From a virus, in IMG/VR virus record IMGVR_UViG_3300025674_000015: a stretch of DNA of 64,000 nt, one strand, 5' to 3'. This document shows, piece after piece, positions 1 through 8,623 of the stretch (its first letter is position 1; every line of letters starts with the position of its first letter). The notes under the pieces were generated by a model. That model saw only the letters and a program-made list of their open reading frames with translations. It was not told where the DNA came from and ran no database searches. A program made the position numbers and the translations under genes.

Positions 1-1
1 A

Positions 2-199
2 GACGGTCAGCTTTGGTTCGAGGAGAACTATCTCCACGGCATGAACCACGGAGCGAATCGAGGGTGGCATAGAAACGGTCAACTTCAGTACGAGATCGGC
101 TATCTCCACGGCGTGTCACACGGAGTGAACCGAAGATGGCATAAAAACGGCCAGCTTATATTGGATGAAGAATGGTTCTACGGAAATAAGATCAGATAA
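2..199 (+). CDS. MORN-variant repeat protein (YwqK-like), 5'-truncated by window edge
   Basis: Not in the ORF track. Manual translation of frame 2: DGQLWFEENYLHGMNHGANRGWHRNGQLQYEIGYLHGVSHGVNRRWHKNGQLILDEEWFYGNKIR*, with repeated W-H-x-NGQL...Y-x-x-G-x-x-HG units typical of MORN_2 repeats. Confidence 0.75.
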   Translation, partial: DGQLWFEENYLHGMNHGANRGWHRNGQLQYEIGYLHGVSHGVNRRWHKNGQLILDEEWFYGNKIR

Positions 200-236
200 C
201 CATTTCAACAACTTACAGAATAATCGAAAAAAGATC

Positions 237-266
237 TTGACTGATCCTGCTAGATCGTGCAATAAT
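237..266 (+). promoter_or_regulatory. Class I early promoter (TTGACT-18-AATAAT, extended -10 TG)
   Basis: TTGACT 237-242, TGc-AATAAT 261-266; GATC at 233, 243, 253, 267; near-identical copies at 938 and 3542; IHF-like TTTCAACAACTTA at 203-215. Confidence 0.75.
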
Positions 267-307
267 GATCTCACATTGGCAGAAACACATTTCACGGAGA
301 AAACAAA

Positions 308-691
308 ATGGAATTGGTAGAACACGTCAAAGAATTGCTTCCCACATGTGAAGAGGGGGCATACGGCGATCTGGAAGTGGTCGCATCCTGTCTTCAGGGT
401 CTTCTCATTGCGGAAAACGCGGAGTTGGCAGACACCCATCTGGAGAGAATCTTCGATGCGATCAAAGAAGATCGGATCGTTGAAGATCACTGGGTGGAGG
501 TGTGGCTAGAGAACAGAGAGCCAGAAAGACGCGAGCTTCCTGCTATCGTCGCCTTCGCAAGCTGGCTGCACACATGGGATCTGATCGAAGATGAGGAGTG
601 GTATCACCACTTCGACAAATGGTGCGATGAGGAGTTTGGTCAGTGCTATGATGGCGCACTGTTCGAGTACGACAAGGAGTTGGGAGCATGA
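308..691 (+). CDS. hypothetical acidic early protein
   Basis: ORF with GGAG RBS downstream of a promoter; D/E-rich; no recognised motif. Confidence 0.75.
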   Translation: MELVEHVKELLPTCEEGAYGDLEVVASCLQGLLIAENAELADTHLERIFDAIKEDRIVEDHWVEVWLENREPERRELPAIVAFASWLHTWDLIEDEEWYHHFDKWCDEEFGQCYDGALFEYDKELGA

Positions 692-924
692 AAAAGCTGA
701 ACGCATTCATGGAGGAATGGGGCGATCTCGTCTTTGAATACGGGATCAAATACAGTGACGAAGACTTTCCGTTGGATGATCGCTTTGAGCCAATGGCGCG
801 AGCGATCGAAAGACAAGGCGTGTGGTGGCACATGCCCAAAGGTATTCAAAACTATGTGGTCATGTCCGACAGGGCAATGATGATCATGGAAAAAGCCTTT
901 CAAAATCTGGCACTTACAGAATAA
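688..924 (+). CDS. hypothetical protein
   Basis: ATGA overlap with the upstream gene, GGAG RBS. Confidence 0.7.
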   Translation: MKKLNAFMEEWGDLVFEYGIKYSDEDFPLDDRFEPMARAIERQGVWWHMPKGIQNYVVMSDRAMMIMEKAFQNLALTE

Positions 925-937
925 TCGAAAAAAGATC

Positions 938-967
938 TTGACTGATCTCACCAGATCGTGCAATAAT
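938..967 (+). promoter_or_regulatory. Class I early promoter
   Basis: TTGACT 938-943, TGc-AATAAT 962-967; GATC at 934, 944, 954; about 55 bp nearly identical to 211-270. Confidence 0.75.
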
Positions 968-1005
968 GATTGTCGTTGGTGAGAACAAACACAGAGGAGG
1001 CTGCT

Positions 1006-1917
1006 ATGCCTAGCATGACTTGGAAGTCGGAATTGGAAAAAAGAGTCGCAATCATCGAGGAGTTTCTCCGTTTTCACAATGAAAACAAGGAGTTCAACAA
1101 AGAGGCTTCGTATGGGCTATACAGGTTCCTCAAAGAAGAGGAGGCTGTCTCGGTTCTTCGCGATCTGGCGGCTATCGCACCAGCAGATCACAGGATCAAC
1201 GTTGCGACATACTCGGAGGACGTGTGTCCACCCCTGCACAAACGCTACATGGAGATCGGATATGCAATGCGCAACGCTATTGATCAGGCTTCAGGGAGCC
1301 TTCAAGAGTCTTTGGAAGACTACAAGAAGCTGATCGCGTCGGAGGTGGCATTCAGAGACAAAACACATTCTGAAGAAATGCTCGCCCTCTGGGAGCTTTT
1401 CAAAAGATCAGCCCGTGAAGGCTCCGTCAAACCCGGAGGTGATCAATTCAAGAACATGGGGGCGGAGCCAACAAAGCAGCAGCATGATGAGCTTTTCTAC
1501 TACGATGGCGACAAGGTGTGCCTCAAGTACAACACTTGGGCTAACGACCAGTTTAAAACGAAGTACCGGTGGATGAGGTGTCTTTCGAAGCCAAAATACA
1601 ATCAGGGTCAGACCGTTTATTTCAAGACCAACGCCCCTGTTCGCAAGGGTCGCGGCTACTGGTACAGCAGCATTACTGAAGTAGAAAAAGCCGAGAGAAA
1701 GCTGGCAGAAGAGAAAGCGGCTGGTACGCTGACAAACAAACCTGCCCTTATCATCGAGGTTCCAGAGATTGTGCCGGAGGGTGATTACCAAGGCAACCGT
1801 CTATACAAGGTGATGCTTCCGGGGTATCCTGCTCCGGTGATCCTGCCAGAGCGGTGCTTCAAGAAGTCCAACAGCGTCAGAGGCAGGAAGAAAAGCAAAA
1901 GCAACCTTCCTGCATAA
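1006..1917 (+). CDS. hypothetical protein, paralogue family A (C-terminal SH3/KOW-like domain)
   Basis: Start reassigned to ATG 1006 behind GGAGG. The C-terminal KPKY..GQTVYF...LYKV..GYPAPVILPERCFKK is shared with 2065-2733 and 2882-3508. Confidence 0.8.
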   Translation: MPSMTWKSELEKRVAIIEEFLRFHNENKEFNKEASYGLYRFLKEEEAVSVLRDLAAIAPADHRINVATYSEDVCPPLHKRYMEIGYAMRNAIDQASGSLQESLEDYKKLIASEVAFRDKTHSEEMLALWELFKRSAREGSVKPGGDQFKNMGAEPTKQQHDELFYYDGDKVCLKYNTWANDQFKTKYRWMRCLSKPKYNQGQTVYFKTNAPVRKGRGYWYSSITEVEKAERKLAEEKAAGTLTNKPALIIEVPEIVPEGDYQGNRLYKVMLPGYPAPVILPERCFKKSNSVRGRKKSKSNLPA

Positions 1918-1933
1918 AAAAAGATTCACCAGC

Positions 1934-2024
1934 AAGATCAAGGGGTTGGAAACCAGAGTGCGTCAACCCTTTGATTTTGTTGAAGATCTTTTTTGTTGAT
2001 CGATCTCACAGGATCGGCTATAAT
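1934..2024 (+). promoter_or_regulatory. Class I early promoter cassette: inverted IHF-like boxes + TTGATC-17-TATAAT
   Basis: AAGATCAAGGGGTTG...CAACCCTTTGATTTT inverted repeat 1934-1978; TTGATC 1996-2001; TATAAT 2019-2024; five GATC in about 80 bp. Confidence 0.8.
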
Positions 2025-2064
2025 GGTCGTCGTTGGTGAGAACACAAACGACAAGGAGAAAAGA

Positions 2065-2733
2065 ATGTTCAGCGCAGAATCTTGTAAAGCGTCGGAAAGA
2101 GACCTACGAAGACTCATTGAGTCAGAGGAGGCTTTCAAAAATAAAACACACTGGGATCAAATAATCCCCCTGTGGGATCTTTTCCGTAGATCCGCACGGG
2201 AGGGTTCGATCGTACCCAGAGGCGGCTTTGCAGCCCCCAACCTCTTCGAGAACATGGGGGCGGAGCCAACAAAAGAGCAGTATGATAGGCTTTTTTACTG
2301 TGATGGAGGGCGGCTTTTCCTCCAGTATAACTCCTGCGCCACCGACTCATTCACCGACAGGTACGGGTGGATGAAGCAGCTTTCAAAGCCAAAATACAAA
2401 CAGGGGCAGACGATCTACTTCAAGGCAAACGCCCCTGTTCGCAAGGGTAAGCGCGGTATCCTCCAGAAGTTGTCGCGCTGGGGCAACTTCAACGAAGTAG
2501 AGAAAGCCGAGGAGAAGCTAGCCAAAGAGAAGGAGGCTGGCACGTTGGCAAACAAGCCCGCCCTTGTCATCGAGGTTCCGGAGATCGTCCCGGAGGGCGG
2601 CTATAAAGGGAACCGTCTCTATAAGGTTGAGATTTCGGGGTATCCTGCCCCAGTGATCTTACCAGAGAGGTGCTTCAAGAAGTCTAACGCGGTCAGACGT
2701 AGGAAGAAAAACAAAAGCAACAAACCTTCATAA
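2065..2733 (+). CDS. hypothetical protein, paralogue family A
   Basis: Start reassigned to ATG 2065 behind AAGGAG; close paralogue of 1006-1917 (LW(D/E)LF(R/K)RSAREGS, NMGAEPTK, APVRKG). Confidence 0.8.
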   Translation: MFSAESCKASERDLRRLIESEEAFKNKTHWDQIIPLWDLFRRSAREGSIVPRGGFAAPNLFENMGAEPTKEQYDRLFYCDGGRLFLQYNSCATDSFTDRYGWMKQLSKPKYKQGQTIYFKANAPVRKGKRGILQKLSRWGNFNEVEKAEEKLAKEKEAGTLANKPALVIEVPEIVPEGGYKGNRLYKVEISGYPAPVILPERCFKKSNAVRRRKKNKSNKPS

Positions 2734-2749
2734 AAAAAGATTCACCAGC

Positions 2750-2840
2750 AAGATCAGGGGGTTGGAAACCAGAATACATCAACCCCTTGATTTTGTTGAA
2801 GATCTTTTTTGTTGATCGATCCTGCCAGATCGGCTATAAT
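2750..2840 (+). promoter_or_regulatory. Class I early promoter cassette
   Basis: Inverted repeat 2750-2794; TTGATC 2812-2817, 17-bp spacer, TATAAT 2835-2840; near-copy of 1915-2030. Confidence 0.8.
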
Positions 2841-2881
2841 GGTCGGCGTAGGTCAGAAACACAAACGACGAGGAGGAAAGA

Positions 2882-3508
2882 ATGAGCGTGAAGCAGAAGA
2901 TCAGAGAGATGAAGGATCGCGGTGGCTACAAGGCTCTCACCGAATGGGAGCAGCGTTTCTGTGATTCTGTTCTTTCCTCCAAGTATGACTCCCTGACCTA
3001 TCGGCAGGAGCCGTATTTCGAGAGAATCATGAAGAAAACCTCCCCAGAGCGTATGAATGGTCTCGCTCACTGGCAGAGGAGCGGCGGCTACACTGAAGAA
3101 AGAAAGGCGATCGCCCAGATCGTCGCCCCTTACTACCTGCGAGGCAAGAAGTACTTCTATGACCTCGCCAAGCAAGCCCTCGAAGGGAAAGAGCTTTCCT
3201 TCGGGCAATACAAGGCTATGTGCGAGAACAAATACGCTCGCGCTATTGTCGAGGCTCACAGAGCCAAACCCAAATACAAAGAAGGCGATCAAGTCTTCGT
3301 CACCACAAACGTAAAGGGGGATTCCTCTACACAAACGAGGAAATACTTCAGCAAAATCAGAGGTTTGCGAGGAACGCCTCTTTTTATTCTCGAAGTCAAC
3401 GCGGAGACACCCATGTCCCCCGCGAAGGGCGCGAAGCTATATAGAGTGCTTCCGATCGGATCAGAGCCTGTTCTGATTGAGGAGCGAAACCTCAAAAAAC
3501 GCAAGTAA
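2882..3508 (+). CDS. hypothetical protein, distant member of paralogue family A
   Basis: GGAGG RBS; C-terminal KPKYKEGDQVFV...GAKLYRVLPIGSEPVLIEERNLKK aligns with family A. Confidence 0.8.
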   Translation: MSVKQKIREMKDRGGYKALTEWEQRFCDSVLSSKYDSLTYRQEPYFERIMKKTSPERMNGLAHWQRSGGYTEERKAIAQIVAPYYLRGKKYFYDLAKQALEGKELSFGQYKAMCENKYARAIVEAHRAKPKYKEGDQVFVTTNVKGDSSTQTRKYFSKIRGLRGTPLFILEVNAETPMSPAKGAKLYRVLPIGSEPVLIEERNLKKRK

Positions 3509-3541
3509 ACCAAGAGCTTACAAAATAGTCAAAAAAAGTTC

Positions 3542-3571
3542 TTGACTGATCCTTCGAGATCGTGCAATAAT
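3542..3571 (+). promoter_or_regulatory. Class I early promoter
   Basis: TTGACT 3542-3547, GATC at 3548 and 3558, TGc-AATAAT 3566-3571. Confidence 0.75.
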
Positions 3572-3640
3572 GTTTGCACATCGTCGGGAGAGAGATTGTC
3601 TCCTCCCATTTCTTTCAAGCCATACTTTAGGAGATCTATC

Positions 3641-4690
3641 ATGGCTATCGACTTCAAAACCTTTAATTCCGTCGTTCCCTTCGTTGTTTCTGACCTCAAG
3701 CCCGTCCTGATCCGTGGTAGGCACGGGGTCGGTAAGTCCGAGACCGTCTACCAGATCGCAGAAAAGATCGGTCTGCCCGTCGTGGAGCGTCGTGCTTCTC
3801 AAATGACGGAGGGCGATCTGATCGGTCTGCCCGTCGTGGATGGGGAAGCTACGTCGTGGAACCCTCCCGACTGGTTCAAGACTGCTTGTTCGGAGCCTGT
3901 CGTCTTGTTCCTCGATGAGATCGACAGGGCAACGCTCGAAGTCCGTCAGGGCATCTTCGAGTTGACCGACTCGCGCAAGCTCAACGGTCACGCTCTCCAC
4001 GAGCAGACCGTCATATTTGGAGCCATCAACGGCGGGGAGCATGGCTCCCAGTACCAAGTCGGCGAGTTTGACCCTGCCGAATTGGATCGCTGGACGGTCT
4101 TCGATGTTGAGCCTTCCGTCGAGGATTGGCTCACATGGGCAGCGGATCACGTTGACCAGAAGGTCTGGGACTTCGTGAACCAGAACCGCCAACACCTCGA
4201 ACACAAGGAAGATTTTGAACCAAACAAAGTCTATCCTTCTCGCAGGTCTTGGAAGCGTTTGTCCGACTGTCTGGTCAAAGGAGACCTCTTGAACGAGGCT
4301 TCGCCTGTTCTGTTTCAGTTGGCTTGCGCCTACGTCGGGTTTGAAGCTGGCGTGGCTCTCAACGACTTCATCGACCAGTACAAAAGCGTCGTGACCATCG
4401 AGCAGTTGCTCGACAAGGGCGATGTGAAGGCTACCAAAGACTTCAGCATCAACGACCACTGCGCGATGATCGAGAAGATCGACGCTGCAAAGGTGTTTGA
4501 CTCCATCCTTCCTGCGGGGAGGTTGAAGAACCTCGCCAAATACTTTGTCACGCTTCCCTCCGAGGTGGCGGTCAAGTTGTGGGCGCAGATGGGTTCGTCC
4601 GGTCGTCCGGTGGAGAACAGCACTAACTTCCACAAGGAAGCCGGTGTCTCCGAGGCTTTCGTCAAAATGTACGCTTCTCAAAACAAATAA
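3641..4690 (+). CDS. MoxR-like AAA+ ATPase
   Basis: Walker A GRHGVGKS, Walker B LFLDEIDR, GDLIGLP, DPAELDRW, PSRRSW; start reassigned to ATG 3641 behind AGGAG. Confidence 0.9.
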   Translation: MAIDFKTFNSVVPFVVSDLKPVLIRGRHGVGKSETVYQIAEKIGLPVVERRASQMTEGDLIGLPVVDGEATSWNPPDWFKTACSEPVVLFLDEIDRATLEVRQGIFELTDSRKLNGHALHEQTVIFGAINGGEHGSQYQVGEFDPAELDRWTVFDVEPSVEDWLTWAADHVDQKVWDFVNQNRQHLEHKEDFEPNKVYPSRRSWKRLSDCLVKGDLLNEASPVLFQLACAYVGFEAGVALNDFIDQYKSVVTIEQLLDKGDVKATKDFSINDHCAMIEKIDAAKVFDSILPAGRLKNLAKYFVTLPSEVAVKLWAQMGSSGRPVENSTNFHKEAGVSEAFVKMYASQNK

Positions 4691-4702
4691 TCCTTTTTCC
4701 GC

Positions 4703-4732
4703 TTGACAAACGATCGGGGTTTTTGCTATAAT
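4703..4732 (+). promoter_or_regulatory. sigma70-type promoter TTGACA-18-TATAAT, extended -10
   Basis: Perfect consensus hexamers with TG at -15/-14; GATC in the spacer. Confidence 0.8.
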
Positions 4733-4776
4733 GTGTGGACATTGGCAAAACCCCTTTCGTTTCTTGGAGGATCGCT

Positions 4777-5940
4777 ATGTTTGATCTCAATGATCACACC
4801 GCCCGTGTTTTGGTTGGAGAGCCGTTCTTTGCTGCCCTGTCCCGCAGGGTGGAGAAGAGAGTCAACAAGGACATCCCGACGGCTGGCGTTCGTGTCAACG
4901 AGCGCGGGTTCTACGAGATGGTCTACAACCCCGACTTCTTCGAGTCTCTCACAGACCGAGAGATCGGCGGTGTCCTCAAACACGAGTTCTACCACCTGAT
5001 CTTTCGGCACTGCGAGGAGAGACTCCCCGAAGGGGGCATGTCGAAGATTTGGAACATTGCCACCGATCTGGCTATCAACAGCCACCTGATCGGTGAACTA
5101 CCGGAGAATGGCTGCATTCCCGGTCAGGGGCATTTTAAGGACTATCCTGTCGGCCTGTCTTCCGAGCAGTATCTCAAGATGCTGCAAGATGATCCACGCT
5201 CCCAGTCCAGTGGTGGCGGGGAAGATGGAGAAGAGGGAGACGGTCTTCCCGACAACATGGACGATCACTCCGGCTGGGGTGGCGACAAGGACGGCGAAGA
5301 CAAGAAGGAACAAGCCAAGCAGAGGCTCAAGGAAGCCCTTAAAGGGGCTGCTGAAGAGGCTGCGAAGCGTGACTGGGGGTCTGTGTCCAATTCCGTGCGG
5401 GAGACCGTTATGGAGGCTCTCAAGAGCCGTCTGGACTGGCGCAAGGTTCTCCGCTATTTTGTGAAGTGTTCGCAGAACGCTCACAAGAAAAGCACGATCA
5501 AAAGGATCAACAAGCGGTTTCCCTACATCCACGCCGGACGTAGAGCAGACCGTGTTGCCAACGTGGCGATCTCGATTGATCAGTCTGGATCGGTGTCTGA
5601 AGAGATGCTAGCCGCGTTCTACGCGGAGTTGGACAAGCTGTCCACACTGGCAACGTTCACTGTGATCCCCTTCGACACGAGGGTGGAAGAAGAACACGTC
5701 TTCGTCTGGAAGAAGGGAATGACCCACAAGAAGGAGCGTTACCTCCACGGCGGGACTTGTTTCGACGCTCCCACCGCGTTTGTGAACGATCGTAACTTCG
5801 ACGGTCACATCATCCTGACGGACATGGAGGCTCCCAAGCCACGGCGTTCCAAGTGTCAGAGAATGTGGCTCACAACCGAAGACTGCAAAGGCAGAGTGTA
5901 CTGGTCAACCCACGAGAGAATCGTCGCTATCGACGATTGA
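4777..5940 (+). CDS. metallopeptidase-like + VWA domain protein (DUF2201-type), partner of the MoxR ATPase
   Basis: HEFYH motif, WNIATDLAIN, DDHSGW linker, MIDAS DQSGS, GGT, ILTD; start ATG 4777 behind GGAGG; adjacent to the AAA+ gene. Confidence 0.88.
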   Translation: MFDLNDHTARVLVGEPFFAALSRRVEKRVNKDIPTAGVRVNERGFYEMVYNPDFFESLTDREIGGVLKHEFYHLIFRHCEERLPEGGMSKIWNIATDLAINSHLIGELPENGCIPGQGHFKDYPVGLSSEQYLKMLQDDPRSQSSGGGEDGEEGDGLPDNMDDHSGWGGDKDGEDKKEQAKQRLKEALKGAAEEAAKRDWGSVSNSVRETVMEALKSRLDWRKVLRYFVKCSQNAHKKSTIKRINKRFPYIHAGRRADRVANVAISIDQSGSVSEEMLAAFYAELDKLSTLATFTVIPFDTRVEEEHVFVWKKGMTHKKERYLHGGTCFDAPTAFVNDRNFDGHIILTDMEAPKPRRSKCQRMWLTTEDCKGRVYWSTHERIVAIDD

Positions 5941-5954
5941 GAGGAAAGAAGAGA

Positions 5955-6383
5955 ATGTATCAACCCCACGCCTTCGACGAGAGAGTAGCAGAAGGCTTCG
6001 CAAACTACGAGAAAGAGGAGAGAATGATGACAGGTGTATCCATTTCCAGCGGCGCATTCCGCGCCTATATGGAGCAGAACTACCTCAAAGAGCTAGACAA
6101 GGAGGCTCTTTTGGAGATGCTGGCAGAGGTTCTTCCCCTCGAAGACCTCGTGCTTCTAGCTAGGGAAGTGTGGGATCTTCCCTTCGCGATGGAGTCAGAT
6201 GGCTCCGTTGCCATCGAGGATGTGGAGCAATTGCTAGTCCCAGACTACAACGATCCCCTCGACGACGAGGATTGCGGCTGTGATGAATGGCAAGAGGACG
6301 AGGAATACCTCGAATACACGGGGATGGGAGAAGACCTCGAAACCTCTTACCGCGAGGACTTCGAGAGGCTGGTCGGACAATGA
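5955..6383 (+). CDS. hypothetical acidic protein
   Basis: Start reassigned to ATG 5955 behind GAGG; very acidic C-terminal half. Confidence 0.7.
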   Translation: MYQPHAFDERVAEGFANYEKEERMMTGVSISSGAFRAYMEQNYLKELDKEALLEMLAEVLPLEDLVLLAREVWDLPFAMESDGSVAIEDVEQLLVPDYNDPLDDEDCGCDEWQEDEEYLEYTGMGEDLETSYREDFERLVGQ

Positions 6384-6613
6384 GAGATTTGACACAAGAG
6401 ACATACGAGAAATACCGTGATATTTCGGTGTGTTCCCCCCAAATGTTCGTGACTGCGACATGGACTGACCTTCTCGCTCTTGCCGAGGGCGACAGGCTTG
6501 AAGAGCTTTTGGAGGAAGGGTTGATCCCCAACCTCCCACCAGAGGCTTGGCAGGGGATTGTGGAAGACCTAAAGCCCCACTACGAGCTAGCTTTGTGGAA
6601 GGTATCGCCATGA
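6380..6613 (+). CDS. hypothetical protein
   Basis: ATGA overlap with the previous gene (MRDLTQETYE...). Confidence 0.65.
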   Translation: MRDLTQETYEKYRDISVCSPQMFVTATWTDLLALAEGDRLEELLEEGLIPNLPPEAWQGIVEDLKPHYELALWKVSP

Positions 6614-6705
6614 GAGACAGGGAATGGTGGGGGGATTTCCTTTTATTTATCGGGATGTTGCTGGTCTTTCTCTGGCTCAATTCCCTTTTCTTTTTGTCCA
6701 GATAA
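6610..6705 (+). CDS. small membrane peptide (31 aa)
   Basis: Below the ORF-track cutoff: MRDREWWGDFLLFIGMLLVFLWLNSLFFLSR*; ATGA overlap; one hydrophobic helix. Confidence 0.5.
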   Translation: MRDREWWGDFLLFIGMLLVFLWLNSLFFLSR

Positions 6706-6714
6706 AAAAGTTTC

Positions 6715-6810
6715 TTCAATGAGATCAGGGGTTTAGGTTGTAAAGAAAGCCAAGCCCTTGGTTTCATTGAGGATCTTTTTCTTGATCGATCCTGATCATT
6801 TTGCTATAAT
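6715..6810 (+). promoter_or_regulatory. Class I early promoter cassette
   Basis: Imperfect inverted repeat CTTCAATGAGATCAGGGG...CCCTTGGTTTCATTGAGG; TTGATC 6782-6787, 17 bp, TGcTATAAT 6805-6810. Confidence 0.8.
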
Positions 6811-6850
6811 GGTCGGCGTTGGTGAGGGAACAAACAACAAGGAGGACGAC

Positions 6851-7270
6851 ATGTCCAAGCTAGACAAGAAGATCAGATCGCTTTTGGTTTCCTACGGAGA
6901 GCTTGCCCTCCAGCAGCGACAGGTGCAACAATCACCTACGACCCGCCGATGGGGGCGGGAGGAGAAGAGGGAGGCTGTCCAAGACCTCCATCGGAGAAAG
7001 GAAGACTTGATCGCCCAAGCCGTTGGGATCTTTGGCGATTTAGCCGAAGAAACCGGAAAAACCAAAGAGGCAGCCGCGAGGCTGCTTGGCGACCGCGTTC
7101 GCATCTACGCCGAAGGCGATGAGCGCGGCAAGCTGGGCAGGATCGTCCAGCGAGGGACTGGCCTGTTCTACACGGGTTGCAATTTGGAAAGGTGGGACGC
7201 TGTTGCCGTCCGTATCGACGGCGAGAAGGAGCCTATCTGGATGTCCACCCGCGAGGTGGGCAAGATATAG
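6851..7270 (+). CDS. hypothetical protein
   Basis: Start reassigned to ATG 6851 behind AAGGAGG; C-terminus is SH3-like (GDRVRI...GRIV...AVRIDG). Confidence 0.75.
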   Translation: MSKLDKKIRSLLVSYGELALQQRQVQQSPTTRRWGREEKREAVQDLHRRKEDLIAQAVGIFGDLAEETGKTKEAAARLLGDRVRIYAEGDERGKLGRIVQRGTGLFYTGCNLERWDAVAVRIDGEKEPIWMSTREVGKI

Positions 7271-7287
7271 GAGAACGTTTTTATTTT

Positions 7288-7385
7288 CTTCAATGAGATC
7301 AGGGGGTTGAGAGAGCATCGGCCTCAACTCCTTGGTTTCGTTGAGGATCTTTTTTGTTGATCGATCCTGATCTTTTTGCTATAAT
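7288..7385 (+). promoter_or_regulatory. Class I early promoter cassette
   Basis: Inverted repeat 7288-7346; TTGATC 7357-7362, 17 bp, TGcTATAAT 7380-7385; followed by a GGGCAATGAAGCCC leader hairpin. Confidence 0.8.
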
Positions 7386-7432
7386 AGAGGACACAAGGGC
7401 AATGAAGCCCCCAAGAAGGTGGAGACAACGCC

Positions 7433-8311
7433 ATGTCTAGCAAGATCACAAACATCATCATCGCCGACATCATCGACCTGATCGAAGAAAGCAAGGAGTT
7501 GCCGTGGGAAAAGCCGTGGAATGCGGCAGCATCGTCCCCGCAGAACATGGTATGGCAGAAGCCATACCGTGGGATCAACCGCTTCATGTGTTCGCTCACG
7601 GCGACCGTGAGGGGCTACAACAGCCCCTTCTGGTTGACCTTCGGGCAGGTCAAGAAGGCCGGAGGCAAGATCAAGAAAGGAGAAAAGGCGACAAAGATCG
7701 TCAAATGGGGCTGCATTGAGGTCAAGGACAAGCAAACCGGAGAGGTGAAAGATAAAATCTGGAAGCCTTTCAAGTACTTCAAGATTTTCAACGTCGATCA
7801 GTGCGAGGGGATCGAGGTTCCAGAACAGGAGATCGAAACCCTCGAATGGAAGCCGCTTGAGCGGTGCGACATGATCATCGAAGGATACGCAGACATCCCG
7901 CAGATCGGGGAAGGAGGAGACAGGGCATGTTACATCCCCGCGATGGATGTGATCAAAATGCCCAACAAAACGACCTTCAAGAGCGTGGAGGGGTTCTATG
8001 CGACCCTATTCCACGAGCTTGCACACTCAACTGGTGCGAAGCAAAGGCTCAACAGGGTCGGCGTGACCGATCCGATCCAGTTTGGATCGCACCAATACTC
8101 GAAGGAAGAATTGATCGCGGAGTTTTGCTCCGCCCTGCTCTGCGCTCACGCAGGAATCGAGCGCGAAACCCGAAAGAACTCGGCTGCTTACGTCAAAGGA
8201 TGGTGTAAGTACCTGAGAGAAAAGGGGAAAGAGATCTTCTCTGCTGCTTCACAGGCAGAGAAGGCTTTTGATTACATTGTTTCTCAACAAAAACAGGAGG
8301 TTACAGAATGA
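7433..8311 (+). CDS. ardC: ArdC-family antirestriction / ssDNA-binding protein (DUF1738 + zincin-like domain)
   Basis: PWEKPW, YRGIN, WLTFGQ, KKGEK, FNVDQ, ACYIP..DVIKMP, FYATLFHELAHSTG..RLNR, YSKEELIAE: the full ArdC motif set. Confidence 0.92.
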   Translation: MSSKITNIIIADIIDLIEESKELPWEKPWNAAASSPQNMVWQKPYRGINRFMCSLTATVRGYNSPFWLTFGQVKKAGGKIKKGEKATKIVKWGCIEVKDKQTGEVKDKIWKPFKYFKIFNVDQCEGIEVPEQEIETLEWKPLERCDMIIEGYADIPQIGEGGDRACYIPAMDVIKMPNKTTFKSVEGFYATLFHELAHSTGAKQRLNRVGVTDPIQFGSHQYSKEELIAEFCSALLCAHAGIERETRKNSAAYVKGWCKYLREKGKEIFSAASQAEKAFDYIVSQQKQEVTE

Positions 8312-8493
8312 GAAAAGCAATTTTGATTATGGTGGTCTTCATGACCCTCGTGTCCATCGGATGCAGCACAAACAAAGGAGGCGAAACCGTCGCTGGTGAC
8401 GCAGCCAGCGAAAAGGTGGCGGAGCCACGAGAAGAGAAAAAAGAAGAAAAACAGGAGGTTGACGGAGGTGTAGCAGACCAAGCCAAAGACTGA
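8308..8493 (+). CDS. small lipoprotein
   Basis: MRK + hydrophobic stretch + lipobox-like VSIGC; charged mature part; GGAGG RBS. Confidence 0.7.
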   Translation: MRKAILIMVVFMTLVSIGCSTNKGGETVAGDAASEKVAEPREEKKEEKQEVDGGVADQAKD

Positions 8494-8509
8494 AAGTTTT
8501 TTCCTTAGC

Positions 8510-8599
8510 AAGATCAGGGGGTTGAGTCAACCAAAGGCTCATCCCCTTGATTTTGTTCAGGATCTTTTATTTGATCGATCCTGATCTTTTTGCTATAAT
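8510..8599 (+). promoter_or_regulatory. Class I early promoter cassette
   Basis: AAGATCAGGGGGTTGAG...CTCATCCCCTTGATTTT inverted repeat; TTGATC 8571-8576, 17 bp, TGcTATAAT 8594-8599. Confidence 0.8.
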
Positions 8600-8623
8600 A
8601 GGTGCAGAAAGGAGGGCAGAGCA

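Noticed and set aside
3518-4681. 387-aa minus-strand ORF and other long antisense ORFs in the GC-rich zone
   Set aside because: They are shadows of well-supported + strand genes, with no RBS, promoter or recognisable motifs.
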